From positions 1,782-65,781 of IMG/VR virus record IMGVR_UViG_2724679285_000001: a stretch of 64,000 nucleotides of DNA; one strand, written 5' to 3'. The notes under the pieces were generated by a model, which saw only the letters and a list, made by a program, of their open reading frames with translations, did not search any database and had not been told where the DNA came from. The stretch is from a virus (taxonomy: Duplodnaviria; Caudoviricetes). Within the stretch, counting starts at the first letter, position 1. Every line of letters begins with the position of its first letter. This document shows, piece by piece, positions 46,775 to 57,437 of this stretch. The translations under genes and the position numbers were made by a program.

Positions 46775-47149
46775 CTAGTCCTCATCCACATTGTGTCGGG
46801 CCCGCCGTGCAGCCCCGATCGCTTCGCGTGCACGCATCGTCTGCTCGGCATCGGCCGGCACCAAGCGGATCAGCTCGAACATGGCGTCGATCAGCGAATC
46901 GATAGCCATATCCCGCGCGGCCGTGCGCCGTTCCGAGCGCTCCAGTTCCGATTTGCAGTCCCGGGTGGCTTCCTTCGACTCTGACAGTGCTTCCTTGAGG
47001 GATTGCACCGCTACCGTCGTCGGAGTGGCCTCCGCCTCTGCCGAAGCCTTCTTGCCCTCGCCGCGGCTCTTCGGCCATGCCACCGCCGCGGAGATCAACG
47101 CCGCCATACCCAGCGTGAGCGCCCACTGCCCGATCTGCGCCCAGTTCAT
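46775..47149 (-). CDS. membrane-anchored coiled-coil protein (lysis region)
   Basis: N-terminal TM segment followed by coiled coil. Confidence 0.55.
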   Translation of the reverse strand: MNWAQIGQWALTLGMAALISAAVAWPKSRGEGKKASAEAEATPTTVAVQSLKEALSESKEATRDCKSELERSERRTAARDMAIDSLIDAMFELIRLVPADAEQTMRAREAIGAARRARHNVDED

Positions 47150-47544
47150 TGGCGGTCCCGGATCATCATCCTCCACACCAGGCCGGCACGTACGGCGCAT
47201 CCCAAGGCGGTTCCTCCATACCCGACGGCCAGCGTGGTGTTCCACGACGGCGCACTGGCGGGCAGGTTGAGCGAGTAGAACATCAGAGCGACAGCGCACC
47301 CGAACATCCCGGCGCGTTCGGTCTTCGCGCCCAGGGGTTCCCGACGGATGACGGCTGATGCGATGCACGCCAGGGCCGAGCACAGCACCAGCGTCGAGAA
47401 GGCTCTCTGAGACCAGAATGTCATGTCGCGGACGACCGTCGAGCCGGTCGGCCCGAATGCCAGCTGCGACACCGCCGAGTAGGACAGGAACACCATCGTT
47501 CCGAGGACGACGGGGTGGCGGGCATCCCGCTGCCGGTTACGCAC
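47146..47544 (-). CDS. membrane protein (lysis region)
   Basis: About 4 TM segments. Confidence 0.55.
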   Translation of the reverse strand: MRNRQRDARHPVVLGTMVFLSYSAVSQLAFGPTGSTVVRDMTFWSQRAFSTLVLCSALACIASAVIRREPLGAKTERAGMFGCAVALMFYSLNLPASAPSWNTTLAVGYGGTALGCAVRAGLVWRMMIRDRQ

Positions 47545-47959
47545 GGCGGTTCTCGTCTTTGATGTGCAGCCGGTACATGACGGCGAAGCATGTCCATGCG
47601 ATGACCGCGAGCGGGTTGACCGTGTCGACTGGGTTGTCGAGCATGTCGCTGGTGAACGCGAGGACCGCGGCGGCGTCGAGGGCGCAGAACCACAGGAACG
47701 CGATCCGGGCGCCGAGCAGGCGTGCCCGGATAGATTCGCGGCGGCACCCGTACAGCAGCGCGAGGCCAGCCGCGAGGATGACCGCTCCCCACGTCGCCGG
47801 GCTGCCCGGCACTTCCAGGGCGTAGGTCCACGCCGCGGCGGTCCAGCGGGTGCTGCCTGATTCGACGTGGGAGGCGATGATCGTTGCGCCGAACGCAGTC
47901 GCGATCCAGCCCAACGCGCGCGCGTTGCGGCTGATGATCGCCGCGCCCAGCGCGGTCAT
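47537..47959 (-). CDS. membrane protein (lysis region)
   Basis: About 4 TM segments. Confidence 0.55.
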   Translation of the reverse strand: MTALGAAIISRNARALGWIATAFGATIIASHVESGSTRWTAAAWTYALEVPGSPATWGAVILAAGLALLYGCRRESIRARLLGARIAFLWFCALDAAAVLAFTSDMLDNPVDTVNPLAVIAWTCFAVMYRLHIKDENRRA

Positions 47960-48345
47960 CGCCGCGTGGACTTCAGGAACTGCTCCACAAGGTCGAGTGC
48001 TGCGGCCGTCGGCGCCCCGATGATCGGTGTGCCACCGATGGCCTGGTTGACGCCCTTGAGGATGTTCTCGAGTGCAGTGTCAGCTTCGGCGGCGGAGGCG
48101 GCGCGGTCGTCACGTTCTTGGACTGCGGCCTGGACATCACTGATCACACGTTCGTCGACCGGCGCTGGAGGCCCGGTGGGGGCGGGCCGGTTCGGGACAC
48201 CGAACGTCGCGACGCCGGTGAGGATCGCCACGACGGACCCGAGGTACACCGACCATTCGGCTGGTGCGTTGACGGACACGAGGAAGGTGGCGACGGCTCC
48301 CAGGAGCGCCGCGATGGCCTTGGCGTATTCGCGGATCTTGGTCAT
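47956..48345 (-). CDS. holin
   Basis: YAKAIAALLGAVATFL...AILTGVATFGVPN; 2 TM segments directly after the lysin. Confidence 0.8.
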   Translation of the reverse strand: MTKIREYAKAIAALLGAVATFLVSVNAPAEWSVYLGSVVAILTGVATFGVPNRPAPTGPPAPVDERVISDVQAAVQERDDRAASAAEADTALENILKGVNQAIGGTPIIGAPTAAALDLVEQFLKSTRR

Positions 48346-49823
48346 GCGGATGCTCCGTTCGCTTGCAGCACGGTGGGATTGGTGGTGGCGATGTACAGCA
48401 GGATGCGGGTTGCGAGCGCCTTATCGGCGGCGCGATCGGGGTACTTGGTGAGGTCGGCGTTGGCCACTTCGGCGAGCAGAGCGAGGGTCGTCGGGTCGCC
48501 GACGAGACCGAGCAGGATGGACACGACAACGTGGACGTTGCCGTCCTCGTTGAGGCCGATGCCGGCGATGGTGTCGATGTTCCCCTCACCGAGGTGGCGC
48601 AGCGGCGACCGTGACGGGTAGGGGTTCTTGGCGAGGACGCGCAACAGGTCAAGTACTTCGCGCTGTTCGTCGGCGTTGAGTGCGGACATGAAGTCGTCGT
48701 CTCCTGACTGGGTGAGGGTGAGTAGCTGGTCGCCGAGGTTGATGGCGCGGCGGTAGCGGTCGCGGCGGGCGGTGATTCCGTTCTGGCCGCCGTTGATTCG
48801 CTGCGTGACGGCCACAATGTCGCCTGCATCGGACAGCGCGTTGATGTCCGGTCGGGCCACGGTCCAGTACCAGGCGGGGCCGAGGCCGGCGTACTGCATC
48901 TCGGCCAGCCGTCGGGAGTCGTCGATGAAGAACGTCGGGGTGGGGACGATGCCCTTGCTGTACGCCCACGCGGAGAGCTTCGTGTAGTTGGCGCGGCCCG
49001 TAATCTGTATCCACGAGCGGCCTTTGAACCGCACACCGTCGCCGGGCTGGCAGTTCCCGAGGTCACTGCAGCGCCCCTCGTAGGCCGCGCCGGAGGCGTA
49101 TTCCTCGGTGGCGTTGAAGCCAGCTGATTCGTGGCCCATCTGGGCCAGCCACATCGCGATGCGGTTGATGTTGGTGCATTCGGAGTCGCGTAGACCGTTC
49201 ACGACGCCGGGCAGGATGTCGGTCGCCTTGGCCAGCGTGATTCCGGCGGCTCGGGCGAGGACATCAGCCTGGTTACCGGCGGGCGGAGGTGGGACGGTGC
49301 CGCCGCGGCGGAAGGTGGAGAACCCGTCGGCGCGGATCTTGCGGTTGATGAAGTCCTGCACCTTGGGGAACGGCCGGTCGTTAGCTTGGTCGTAGGTGTC
49401 ATAGCCGACCTGGCTGTGCATCTCGTCGACCGGGTTGTCCCACCGGCCAGCCCAGAAGACGTTGCCCTCGTAGAAGGCTTCCATCTCGGCCATCGTGGCC
49501 ATCTGCGCGGCGTTGAGGGATCCGCGCTTCTGGAATGGGTGGGAGTTCCAGTTGAGGTCGATTGCCGTGCCGCCGGGATGATTTGACGTCGCGACGGAGT
49601 TTCCCGGCGTCCAACACGCGGAATCAGCGTCGCGCAGCGGCTCGATGTAGGCGTTCCAGTCGGCGGCCCACGCCAGAAGCAGCACCAGCGGCGGCCCATT
49701 CTGGATCTGCAGTGTCACGCCGCCGTTCGTGCCAGGAACAGCGGCCCACGTGCATGAGCCTTCATCAACGTAGGGCCAACCGTTTTCGGAGAATCGTCGG
49801 CCGTTGAAGAGTCGTCTTGCCAT
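48342..49823 (-). CDS. lysA: lysin A (M15-type peptidase + GH19 glycoside hydrolase + C-terminal domain)
   Basis: SENGWP, SNHPGGTAIDLNW, DEMH; LAQMGHESAG, FKGRSWIQITGRANY and TQRINGG.NG. Confidence 0.9.
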   Translation of the reverse strand: MARRLFNGRRFSENGWPYVDEGSCTWAAVPGTNGGVTLQIQNGPPLVLLLAWAADWNAYIEPLRDADSACWTPGNSVATSNHPGGTAIDLNWNSHPFQKRGSLNAAQMATMAEMEAFYEGNVFWAGRWDNPVDEMHSQVGYDTYDQANDRPFPKVQDFINRKIRADGFSTFRRGGTVPPPPAGNQADVLARAAGITLAKATDILPGVVNGLRDSECTNINRIAMWLAQMGHESAGFNATEEYASGAAYEGRCSDLGNCQPGDGVRFKGRSWIQITGRANYTKLSAWAYSKGIVPTPTFFIDDSRRLAEMQYAGLGPAWYWTVARPDINALSDAGDIVAVTQRINGGQNGITARRDRYRRAINLGDQLLTLTQSGDDDFMSALNADEQREVLDLLRVLAKNPYPSRSPLRHLGEGNIDTIAGIGLNEDGNVHVVVSILLGLVGDPTTLALLAEVANADLTKYPDRAADKALATRILLYIATTNPTVLQANGASA

Positions 49824-50359
49824 CAGCAGACCTCGGAGATCTCAGTCGCCGTCATCGGAGAAACCTCACGCGGCGCCGTGGCCGACCAGACCGGATCTTC
49901 AGGAGACCGTCGGGCATGCCGGCCATCTCCATCGCCAGGCGCTGCCACCGGCACGCGCAAGCGATGTCCTGGCCGAGGAACGTCAGGGTGTGCATCAGAT
50001 GCGTTCCCGCCCGTCGAGCAGTTCGGCGGCGATCAGGAACGCGGCCGCCGCGAGCAGATCACCCAAGACCGCGGCGCACACGACGATGACGCCGCCCCGC
50101 ACAATCCCATGTCCCATGTCCGGGACGGTATTGACGCCGGGTGCAGGTCGTTCGTTCGGCGGATGGCCGACGTCGGGGGGTGTGGGTAGCCTGTCAGGAT
50201 GCGGGTGTCAGCTGATGTTGAGCGCTGCCCGACGTGCCATCAGCCGTTGCCGGGACCGGATGTGTATGTGGAGGATCCGCCGTCGCGACTGATCGTTTGG
50301 ATCGTCGGCGCCATGATCGTGTGGGGCCTGATCGCGGCCGCCGTGTGGCTCGTCGTGTT

Positions 50360-52726
50360 CTAGTACGCCCAGCACCAATGCACACTGCTCGACTGCGACG
50401 TCGGCACACCCAAACTCCCACCCACCGCCGGCGGTGTCGTCTGCCCCGTCGCCGTAGACGCCCCCGCGAACACCGGCGCGACCGTCGGCGAATTCAGTAG
50501 CCCCGAGATACCAGCCAGCGTCGGGACCGTGCCGGCCGCCACCATGATGTGGAAGTACACGTTGCCCGCCGGGAACACCGTCGGCGTCGCGAACGGCACC
50601 GTGATCACCGACGACGCCGCAATCGCACCCGAACCCTGATCCGCAGACACCGCCAGCACATTCCCGGCCGTGTCCGTGGCGGCCACCCACCAATGCGTCG
50701 GCGACACCGCCGCCGTCGACCCCGTCAAGAACTTCAACCCCGTCACCAGCGTCGGCACCGCGAACCCCGCCAACACCGCCCGCGGGGTCCCCGACGTCAA
50801 CAACCCCAACGACCCCGAGATCACGACCTGTGTCCGGTCGATCGACGTCCACAACGCACCCGCCGGCGCCCCGAACAAACGCGGGTCACCTGCAGGTAGC
50901 GCGGACACCGGATACGACGCCGCATCCAACTCACCCAAGTTGTACTGCCGCAGTGAGCAGTTGATCAGCAGATGGTTCTCATTGGCGGCGAACCCGTACC
51001 CGCGGAAGACCAACACCGCGAACGCCGCATTGGACGGCGAGACCCGCACCACCGGCAACGCCAACGGCGCCGCCGGAGAATCGATACCGCGGGTGAGCGG
51101 GGAACTGACGATGTAGGCGTTGGAGGAGTCGTACCAGTCGATTTGCAGGCTGACCGGCTTGGCCGAATAGTTCTGCGAGGCCAGCACCTTCACTGTGGCG
51201 ATGTACGGCGTCAACGGCAGCACGGGGATGCCGTTGGTGGGGCTGGTGCCGACCTGAACGTTGCCGGCCGCGGTGGCGGCGACGGCCAGGCCCTCCGAGG
51301 TGGCGGTGAGGTAGGTGTTGCCGCCGCCCGTGATCCATCCGCTCGTCGTGGCTGTCGGGTTGGCCTGCGCCGGCGTCAGCAGGTTCGGGGCGCGGTAGGG
51401 GCCGCTGGGCATCGGGGCGGCCGTGAACTTCCGCAGCTCCGACACCAGAGGTGCCCGCTGCCCCGACGTGGTGGACAGCGGCGAAACACCCGGTGTGAAC
51501 CCGGTGTTGTCCCAGATACCAGCCTTCAACGCGTCCGCGGTGCCCTGGTCTGCCAGCGCCCACACGAACGACCCGAGGATGTTGGGGCGGTTGTGCAGCA
51601 GCCGCGCCGACGTGTAGCGGGCCACCCGGTTCGCGTCCGCCGCCTGGGACTGGTCGGCGCCGAACTCCCCGATCAGGATGGGTTTCTTGACGCGGTCGAT
51701 GAACCCGTCGACGTCGGCGGCGCCGGCGCCTTCCAGGTAGACGTGGATGTCGGCGAAGTCCGCGCCGCCGTCCGCGGTCCACGCCTGGTATGGCAGGGAG
51801 GTGGTGTCGGTCCAGAACTGGACTGCGGTCCCGAAGTTTCCGGACGAGTTCGACGTGGTCAGCGGGACACCCGGGGCGGCGGCGCGGACCGCCGTGTACA
51901 GGGCGAGGACGTCGGCGAGGACCAGGCCGTCACTGTAGCCGGAGCCTTCCTGGAACAGGTCGAATCCGATCACGTTCTGGTAGGCGGCCAGGGCGGCTGC
52001 GGTGGTGGTGATGCTGGTGGTGGCCGCGGCGTCTTGGAAGCTGTAGGTGGTGCCGTTGTAGAACGCCCACTTCTCCGTCAGGCACGGGTAGAGGCGTAGC
52101 CCGTTCGCCATGCAGTACTCGGCGAGTTGCTTCCAGCGGGCGTCGTAGGTGGCCTGGGTGATCTGCGGGGCACCCGAGCCGGTGCCCGCCACGAGGACGA
52201 CTTGAGGGGCGCCGATGACGCGGATCGCGTTGAGCCCGAGTTTGATCGCCCGGTCCACTTCCGGCTGAATCCAGTTCGCCCAATCCCATTCCGACCACAA
52301 CCCCGCCCACGATGCGCCGGACGGGCGGACGGTGATGTTGCCGCCTTTGATGGTGCCCTCGGTGAGGGCGGTGCGGGCGCGACGGCGGCTGGCTGCCGCG
52401 AGCGCATCGCGCGCCGCGAGTTGGTCCGCAGCGGTGAACACCTGCTCCCCCACCGCGGTCGCGCCGATCACGGCCCTCGCAGTCTCCTCATCCGGGCCCG
52501 CAGCCACCACAGCCGGCTTATCGGGGAACGTGTCCCACGACTGCGCCGGGAACGGCACCGTCGCCGCGGTCGACCCGTCACCGCGCTTGAACACCACCGA
52601 CGTGCCGTCCTCGGAGGTTTCCGCGTCGGAGATGCCGAAGTCGGCGACGTAGCTTTTGGGGACCAGCACGTCCTCATCGTCGACCGATGATGGTGTAGTG
52701 ATTTCACCCGCGGAGTGCCTCGGCAT
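50360..52726 (-). CDS. tail-associated protein with GH5/cellulase-like TIM barrel and carbohydrate-binding-like domain
   Basis: AIKLGLNAIRV, IGFDLFQE, DIHVY, KPILIGEFG and GSFVW motifs. Confidence 0.7.
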   Translation of the reverse strand: MPRHSAGEITTPSSVDDEDVLVPKSYVADFGISDAETSEDGTSVVFKRGDGSTAATVPFPAQSWDTFPDKPAVVAAGPDEETARAVIGATAVGEQVFTAADQLAARDALAAASRRRARTALTEGTIKGGNITVRPSGASWAGLWSEWDWANWIQPEVDRAIKLGLNAIRVIGAPQVVLVAGTGSGAPQITQATYDARWKQLAEYCMANGLRLYPCLTEKWAFYNGTTYSFQDAAATTSITTTAAALAAYQNVIGFDLFQEGSGYSDGLVLADVLALYTAVRAAAPGVPLTTSNSSGNFGTAVQFWTDTTSLPYQAWTADGGADFADIHVYLEGAGAADVDGFIDRVKKPILIGEFGADQSQAADANRVARYTSARLLHNRPNILGSFVWALADQGTADALKAGIWDNTGFTPGVSPLSTTSGQRAPLVSELRKFTAAPMPSGPYRAPNLLTPAQANPTATTSGWITGGGNTYLTATSEGLAVAATAAGNVQVGTSPTNGIPVLPLTPYIATVKVLASQNYSAKPVSLQIDWYDSSNAYIVSSPLTRGIDSPAAPLALPVVRVSPSNAAFAVLVFRGYGFAANENHLLINCSLRQYNLGELDAASYPVSALPAGDPRLFGAPAGALWTSIDRTQVVISGSLGLLTSGTPRAVLAGFAVPTLVTGLKFLTGSTAAVSPTHWWVAATDTAGNVLAVSADQGSGAIAASSVITVPFATPTVFPAGNVYFHIMVAAGTVPTLAGISGLLNSPTVAPVFAGASTATGQTTPPAVGGSLGVPTSQSSSVHWCWAY

Positions 52727-52756
52727 ACCGGGCAAGCTAGCCAGTCGGGGTGCGGT

Positions 52757-53455
52757 TCAGACCAGCGCGAAGAACCCCGAGGTTGATGCTGGCGGGGGGA
52801 TCGCAACGGTGATGGTGGCCCACTCATCAGCGGCCGCGTTGAGGGCGAGTGCCGCGTTCGTCATGTTGACCGGGACGCCGCCGGCCGCGTTCACCAACAA
52901 CCGAATCAGCGACTGCGACGTGACACCCACGTTGTTGCTGGACTTCACGACCGTCGTCCACCCCGAGCCCGGGTCGCCGACACCACGCCCGGTGTCATCT
53001 GGCGCCACATAGCCGAGGATCAGGGAGCCGTCGCGCAGCGGTGTCACCGCCGGGAACGTCACCGCCGCGGTTGCGGAGCTGGCCTGATTCGCCGTCACCG
53101 CCGACACGCCGTCACCGCCGCGCACCACCACCGCGATCCCGCGGCCCACCCCGCCCGTGTTGAAGATCCCGGGGATGGTCCACGAGTTCGTGCCGGCCGT
53201 CACCTCCGCAGGGGTGATCGCGTGCGCGCGGCAGAACCCGATATTGGTGGTCGTATACGTGGTCACCGAGATCAGCGACCAGTCCGCAGTCGTGAACATC
53301 GTCGGTGTGGCCGAGTTGCAGTTCCCGAACAACAGCACCGCGTCACCCAACTGCGGAACGTACCCGGAGATGGCGGGGATGGTGGCGTCCGTCGAACTCA
53401 GGGACGGGGCGCTGCCACCGGTGGCCGGAGTCGAGGCCACAACGCTGACGGCCAC
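52757..53455 (-). CDS. minor tail protein
   Basis: Thr/Ala/Gly-rich beta-type protein in the tail cluster. Confidence 0.6.
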   Translation of the reverse strand: MAVSVVASTPATGGSAPSLSSTDATIPAISGYVPQLGDAVLLFGNCNSATPTMFTTADWSLISVTTYTTTNIGFCRAHAITPAEVTAGTNSWTIPGIFNTGGVGRGIAVVVRGGDGVSAVTANQASSATAAVTFPAVTPLRDGSLILGYVAPDDTGRGVGDPGSGWTTVVKSSNNVGVTSQSLIRLLVNAAGGVPVNMTNAALALNAAADEWATITVAIPPPASTSGFFALV

Positions 53456-53456
53456 G

Positions 53457-54203
53457 TTAGGCCACCCGCTGCACAGCCAGGACGTCGATCACAGTGTCGG
53501 CGGCGTTCCACTTCCCACCCACATACAGCGTCTTCCCGGCCACCGTGGTGGTTGGGAGGGCGGTGCCGACTTCCCGCCACGCCGACCCCCACGAGATCGC
53601 CCGCCCGGTCCCGTTGTCCTTGATGCGCAGCACGATCGGCTGCCCGTCGGTGGGGGTGCCGGTGATGCCCAGCGTCATGGAGGAGAAGTCGACGGCTTGG
53701 GCGGTGATGGACACTTGGTCGGTGGTGTCCCACGACCACGCCGGCTGGGCCGCAGAGACGATCGGTGTGACGCGCGGCGCGAACCCGCGCGCCCCCAACG
53801 TCGCCCGCGCCGCCGCAGCATCCACGTCGTCCCACAACGTCAAAATGAACGGGGTCGGATCATCCGGCACCGGCCGATACCCACTGATCGGCCACCACAC
53901 CCCATTCAGCACCTGAAACGCAACCACCTGCCCCTGAACCACCAACGGCAGCTCAGTGACCAACTCCATGATCGTGTCCGGGCCCTGACACGTCGCGATC
54001 ACCGCATTGGCGGTGCCGTCCTGCTTCGCGAACGCGACAATCGTCGACTCACCCACATCGTTGATCAACGGCAGCGCAGCCGTCACATCCCCGACGGTCG
54101 CGTCGTACAGGTTGATCCGGCCCGGCGTCGCCGGCACACCCGACGTGAGTGGCACCGTCATCGTCAACGGCGCCAAGTACTTTGCGGTCTGAATGTCAGC
54201 CAC
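53457..54203 (-). CDS. minor tail protein
   Basis: GTPTDGQ.I.LRIKDNGTGRAISW...LPTTTVAGKTLY motif. Confidence 0.65.
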   Translation of the reverse strand: MADIQTAKYLAPLTMTVPLTSGVPATPGRINLYDATVGDVTAALPLINDVGESTIVAFAKQDGTANAVIATCQGPDTIMELVTELPLVVQGQVVAFQVLNGVWWPISGYRPVPDDPTPFILTLWDDVDAAAARATLGARGFAPRVTPIVSAAQPAWSWDTTDQVSITAQAVDFSSMTLGITGTPTDGQPIVLRIKDNGTGRAISWGSAWREVGTALPTTTVAGKTLYVGGKWNAADTVIDVLAVQRVA

Positions 54204-54204
54204 C

Positions 54205-55638
54205 CTATGCCGCCTTCACCAGGTTGACGCCGATCGCGACGTTACGCAGCGACGTGGTTTCCGAATGCACCACCGACGTGCCGCCGGGGGCGTCACCGAC
54301 CCGAATCCACTTCCCCAGCCCGCCGATCGACGACGAACCGTTCTGGTAGCGCAACGTCTGGTTGTAGTCGGTCGGCTGCGCGGACGTCGACGTGTTCCCC
54401 GACAGGGACGCATACGCGGTGTAGGAGCCGACCGCCGACGGAATCGCCAGCGAGATCGGCGTTCCCGGCGAATCGTGCCGCACCGTCACCGCGGCATCGA
54501 GCGATGCGACCCCCGAATAGTTCTCCACCACAGCGGTCGTGGCGAGCTCAGTTACACCGGTGGCGTCCAAGGTGACGAGAATGTTGTGGGTGCCGACGGT
54601 CGCGTTGGCTTTCTTCCACAGCACGATCGCGCCCTGCTGCTGACTCGACGCCGATCGGATCGAGATCATGGCGTGCGGAACACCCAGACTGCCATCCACA
54701 TCCGACACCGCGGTGATGGTGTTGAACGATGCGATGTCCTTGTACTTCGTGTGGGTTGTGAAGCCCCACACCAGCATCATCCGGTTCCCGCCGGCCAGGA
54801 CGGTGGTGGTGACGGTGGTGTTGTTGGAGGCGTTGGTGCGGACCCCGACAGCCCCGGCGGGTGCGACGGATGCGGTGGCCGCGGTGGAGGGTGTGATGGT
54901 GCCGGATAGGTCGGATTCGCGGTTGTCGATGTTGATCGCGGTCGCGTTGAGGCTGTACTGGGTGTTCGGGGACAGGCCCACGTAGGTGTAGGTGGCGTCG
55001 TCGGTGCCGACGAGGGCGCCGTCTAGGAAGTAGTTGTAGGCGACGATCCCGCCGCCCGGATCGGACGCACTCGCCGTCACCGAGATCGACCCGGAGGTGA
55101 TGTTGGTGGCCGTCAACGTCGGCGCCGTCGGCCGCGACGAACCCGACCCGCTATCAGCGCCCTGCGGGATGATCGCCCACGCCACACACAGATACTCCTC
55201 AGGCGCCCACACCTCATCCGGCTTGAGGATCATGGTGTTCTCATTCGGGCGGGAGTGCGGGCACCCATCCAAGGCCTCGAAGTCGCCCGAGTTTTTCAGC
55301 AGGACGAAGTCGAAGTGCCGGGTGCCGAAGTTGTGCTCGAAGGTGTGCTCCGTATGCACACCGTCGCCGACGGCCAGGACGACGCGGGACAGTTCGAGGC
55401 GGGTGGGGGTGTCGGTGTTGTCTTCGGAGCCGCCGCCGACGGTGATGATGCCGTACCCGAGGCCCGTGTCTTCGACGGTGGCGCCGTACCGTTCGTCCAT
55501 CGTCCGGCGTGTGGAGCTGGTCGCGGATCGGACGCGGGCGGCGACAACAGCGTCGATTTCGTCGGGCACCTGCTCGTTCTTGAACCGGGTTCCGCGTGCC
55601 CGGCCCTCGTCGAAACCTGGGAGCTTGTCACCGGCCAT
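54205..55638 (-). CDS. minor tail protein with fibronectin type III domain
   Basis: PTAPTLTAT...ASDPGGGIVAYNY...YTYVGLSPNTQY. Confidence 0.7.
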   Translation of the reverse strand: MAGDKLPGFDEGRARGTRFKNEQVPDEIDAVVAARVRSATSSTRRTMDERYGATVEDTGLGYGIITVGGGSEDNTDTPTRLELSRVVLAVGDGVHTEHTFEHNFGTRHFDFVLLKNSGDFEALDGCPHSRPNENTMILKPDEVWAPEEYLCVAWAIIPQGADSGSGSSRPTAPTLTATNITSGSISVTASASDPGGGIVAYNYFLDGALVGTDDATYTYVGLSPNTQYSLNATAINIDNRESDLSGTITPSTAATASVAPAGAVGVRTNASNNTTVTTTVLAGGNRMMLVWGFTTHTKYKDIASFNTITAVSDVDGSLGVPHAMISIRSASSQQQGAIVLWKKANATVGTHNILVTLDATGVTELATTAVVENYSGVASLDAAVTVRHDSPGTPISLAIPSAVGSYTAYASLSGNTSTSAQPTDYNQTLRYQNGSSSIGGLGKWIRVGDAPGGTSVVHSETTSLRNVAIGVNLVKAA

Positions 55639-55657
55639 GCGCGGAAAGGTATGTGGG

Positions 55658-56350
55658 TTAGGTGCAGTCGATCGAGGCCAGTGACGGGGAGAAGCGCCGC
55701 GGCCCGAACACGTCCTTGTAGCCCCGCTCAACCACGGTCAAGGTGCGTTCCGAGCTCGTGTTGAGGGCGGTGCCGGCGGTGTCGTTCCATTCGCCGACGA
55801 ACTGCCCGTTGTAGTGCATGGTGTGCAGGTTGCCGTTCTGGGTGAGGCGTGCCCGGCCGCCGCCTTGGAAGGATCCGCAGGGCACGACTTCGGTGTCGGT
55901 GGAGGAGACGCGGCGCACGATGTACAGGCCGGACGCACGCAACCGGATACCGACACCGGCTGTGCTGGCGGAGGTGTTGGTGGCGCGGCGGAAAATGTCG
56001 GTGGACAGGTTGCCGGAGCCGGGGTTGCCGATGACGATTTCGACGTATCCGTCGGCGGCGTGCTGCGCGGCGGTGTAGCGGGCCCGCCGGGTGAAACTCG
56101 AGATGAGTGGGATGTTGTCGGGCATGAGGACGCGGGCGAGCCCGTTTTCGACGCCGATGTCGTAGCCGGAGCCGCCGTCGTTGGTCCACACCCCGGATAG
56201 GTCGAGGGTGCCGTCTTGGTAGGTGCTGAAGTCGGCGTGGATGCCGTTGGGCGTCCAGATCGACGTTGCGCCTTTCCGCCATGCCGTGAGTGGCGTGTCC
56301 CCCAGGTACCAGGCGGTAATTGGGTGTGCCGACCCGTAATTTGTCGGCAT
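55658..56350 (-). CDS. minor tail protein
   Basis: 230 aa beta-rich ORF in the tail cluster. Confidence 0.6.
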   Translation of the reverse strand: MPTNYGSAHPITAWYLGDTPLTAWRKGATSIWTPNGIHADFSTYQDGTLDLSGVWTNDGGSGYDIGVENGLARVLMPDNIPLISSFTRRARYTAAQHAADGYVEIVIGNPGSGNLSTDIFRRATNTSASTAGVGIRLRASGLYIVRRVSSTDTEVVPCGSFQGGGRARLTQNGNLHTMHYNGQFVGEWNDTAGTALNTSSERTLTVVERGYKDVFGPRRFSPSLASIDCT

Positions 56351-56353
56351 CGG

Positions 56354-56764
56354 TTAGCTCCAGGTGCCGTAGAGGGTGTCTGGGTCGGGGGTGATGCCGG
56401 CGTAGTCGGTGGCCGACAGGAAGACGATTTTGAGGTTGATGGGGTCACCGTTTTCGTCGTAGGCGGTGACGACTCCGGTGCCGGTCTTGTCGGGGGTGAC
56501 AGCGTTGGGTGCGAGTTTCGGTGTGGTGACGGCGGCGCCGGCGAGTTGCCCGTTCCCGACCGCGTTGGCCGCGATCTTCGTCGGCCCTACCGCGCCGTCA
56601 GCGATCTTCGTCGCGGTGACAGACGCGGAGCCCAGTTTGTCCTCGGTGATGCCGCCGTTCGCGACGTTCACCGGTGCGAGGCGATACACCTCGTCGCGCA
56701 CCTCGGGCGCCAGCCGCTCACCCTCGGGTTGGTCAGCGTCATACTGGACGAACAGATCCGCCAT
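56354..56764 (-). CDS. minor tail protein with 10-aa repeats
   Basis: VTATKIADGA/VGPTKIAANA/VTTPKLAPNA repeats and DPDTLY end. Confidence 0.65.
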   Translation of the reverse strand: MADLFVQYDADQPEGERLAPEVRDEVYRLAPVNVANGGITEDKLGSASVTATKIADGAVGPTKIAANAVGNGQLAGAAVTTPKLAPNAVTPDKTGTGVVTAYDENGDPINLKIVFLSATDYAGITPDPDTLYGTWS

Positions 56765-56783
56765 GACGCCAGACGGTAAGGGC

Positions 56784-57434
56784 CTACCGTGCAGTCTTCG
56801 CCAACGCGCGAGCAGCCCGCGCGTTCGCCGCGGCGCCACCATCGGACGGCCACCACGACGGCTTGACCATCTCCCCACGCTTGAGCGGCTTGTCCGGCGC
56901 GTACAGGCGATGCATGTACGAGTTGTGGGCGCGCTGGTCGGCTTCGGGGTCGCCGGACTGCATGGACTGGACCACGATCTTCTCGACCTCGTCCAACACG
57001 CGGTGCATGGACGGCATCAGCATCGGATCACCGGCGATCTGGGGGCGGATAGTGCGCCACCCCGCCCCAGCCGTCACCGCCAAGCTCAGGACCGCCTTGT
57101 ACGGGCGCGCGGTCCCCCACGTGCACAACCCGGCCAGAAGTCGGTCGATGGTGTCTTCTGGCGCGCGGCCGAATGCCATGTCGGCGATGAGGCGTTCGTA
57201 GTCGGTGGTGTCGATGTGGTCGGTAAGGAACCGCGTCAGGTACGCGTTGCGCGCGGCGCCGTCAAGGGCGTCGTTGTAGGCGGCGGCCAGGACGGCCAGC
57301 GAGCGGGGACGTGGTTTCCGCGCCCAGAGCGTGCCGACGCCGTCGAGCTTGAACAGGACCGGCTCCCCTAAAGGTGGTGCGTCCTCAGCATCCCCGAGCA
57401 GGTCAGTGAATCCGGGTGGCGGCTCAATGGCCAT
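56784..57434 (-). CDS. hypothetical protein (tail region)
   Basis: 216 aa ORF. Confidence 0.55.
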   Translation of the reverse strand: MAIEPPPGFTDLLGDAEDAPPLGEPVLFKLDGVGTLWARKPRPRSLAVLAAAYNDALDGAARNAYLTRFLTDHIDTTDYERLIADMAFGRAPEDTIDRLLAGLCTWGTARPYKAVLSLAVTAGAGWRTIRPQIAGDPMLMPSMHRVLDEVEKIVVQSMQSGDPEADQRAHNSYMHRLYAPDKPLKRGEMVKPSWWPSDGGAAANARAARALAKTAR

Positions 57435-57437
57435 GGG

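Noticed and set aside
49823-50360. Short ORFs between lysin A and the GH5-like gene
   Set aside because: Several competing short frames without motifs; none could be chosen with support.
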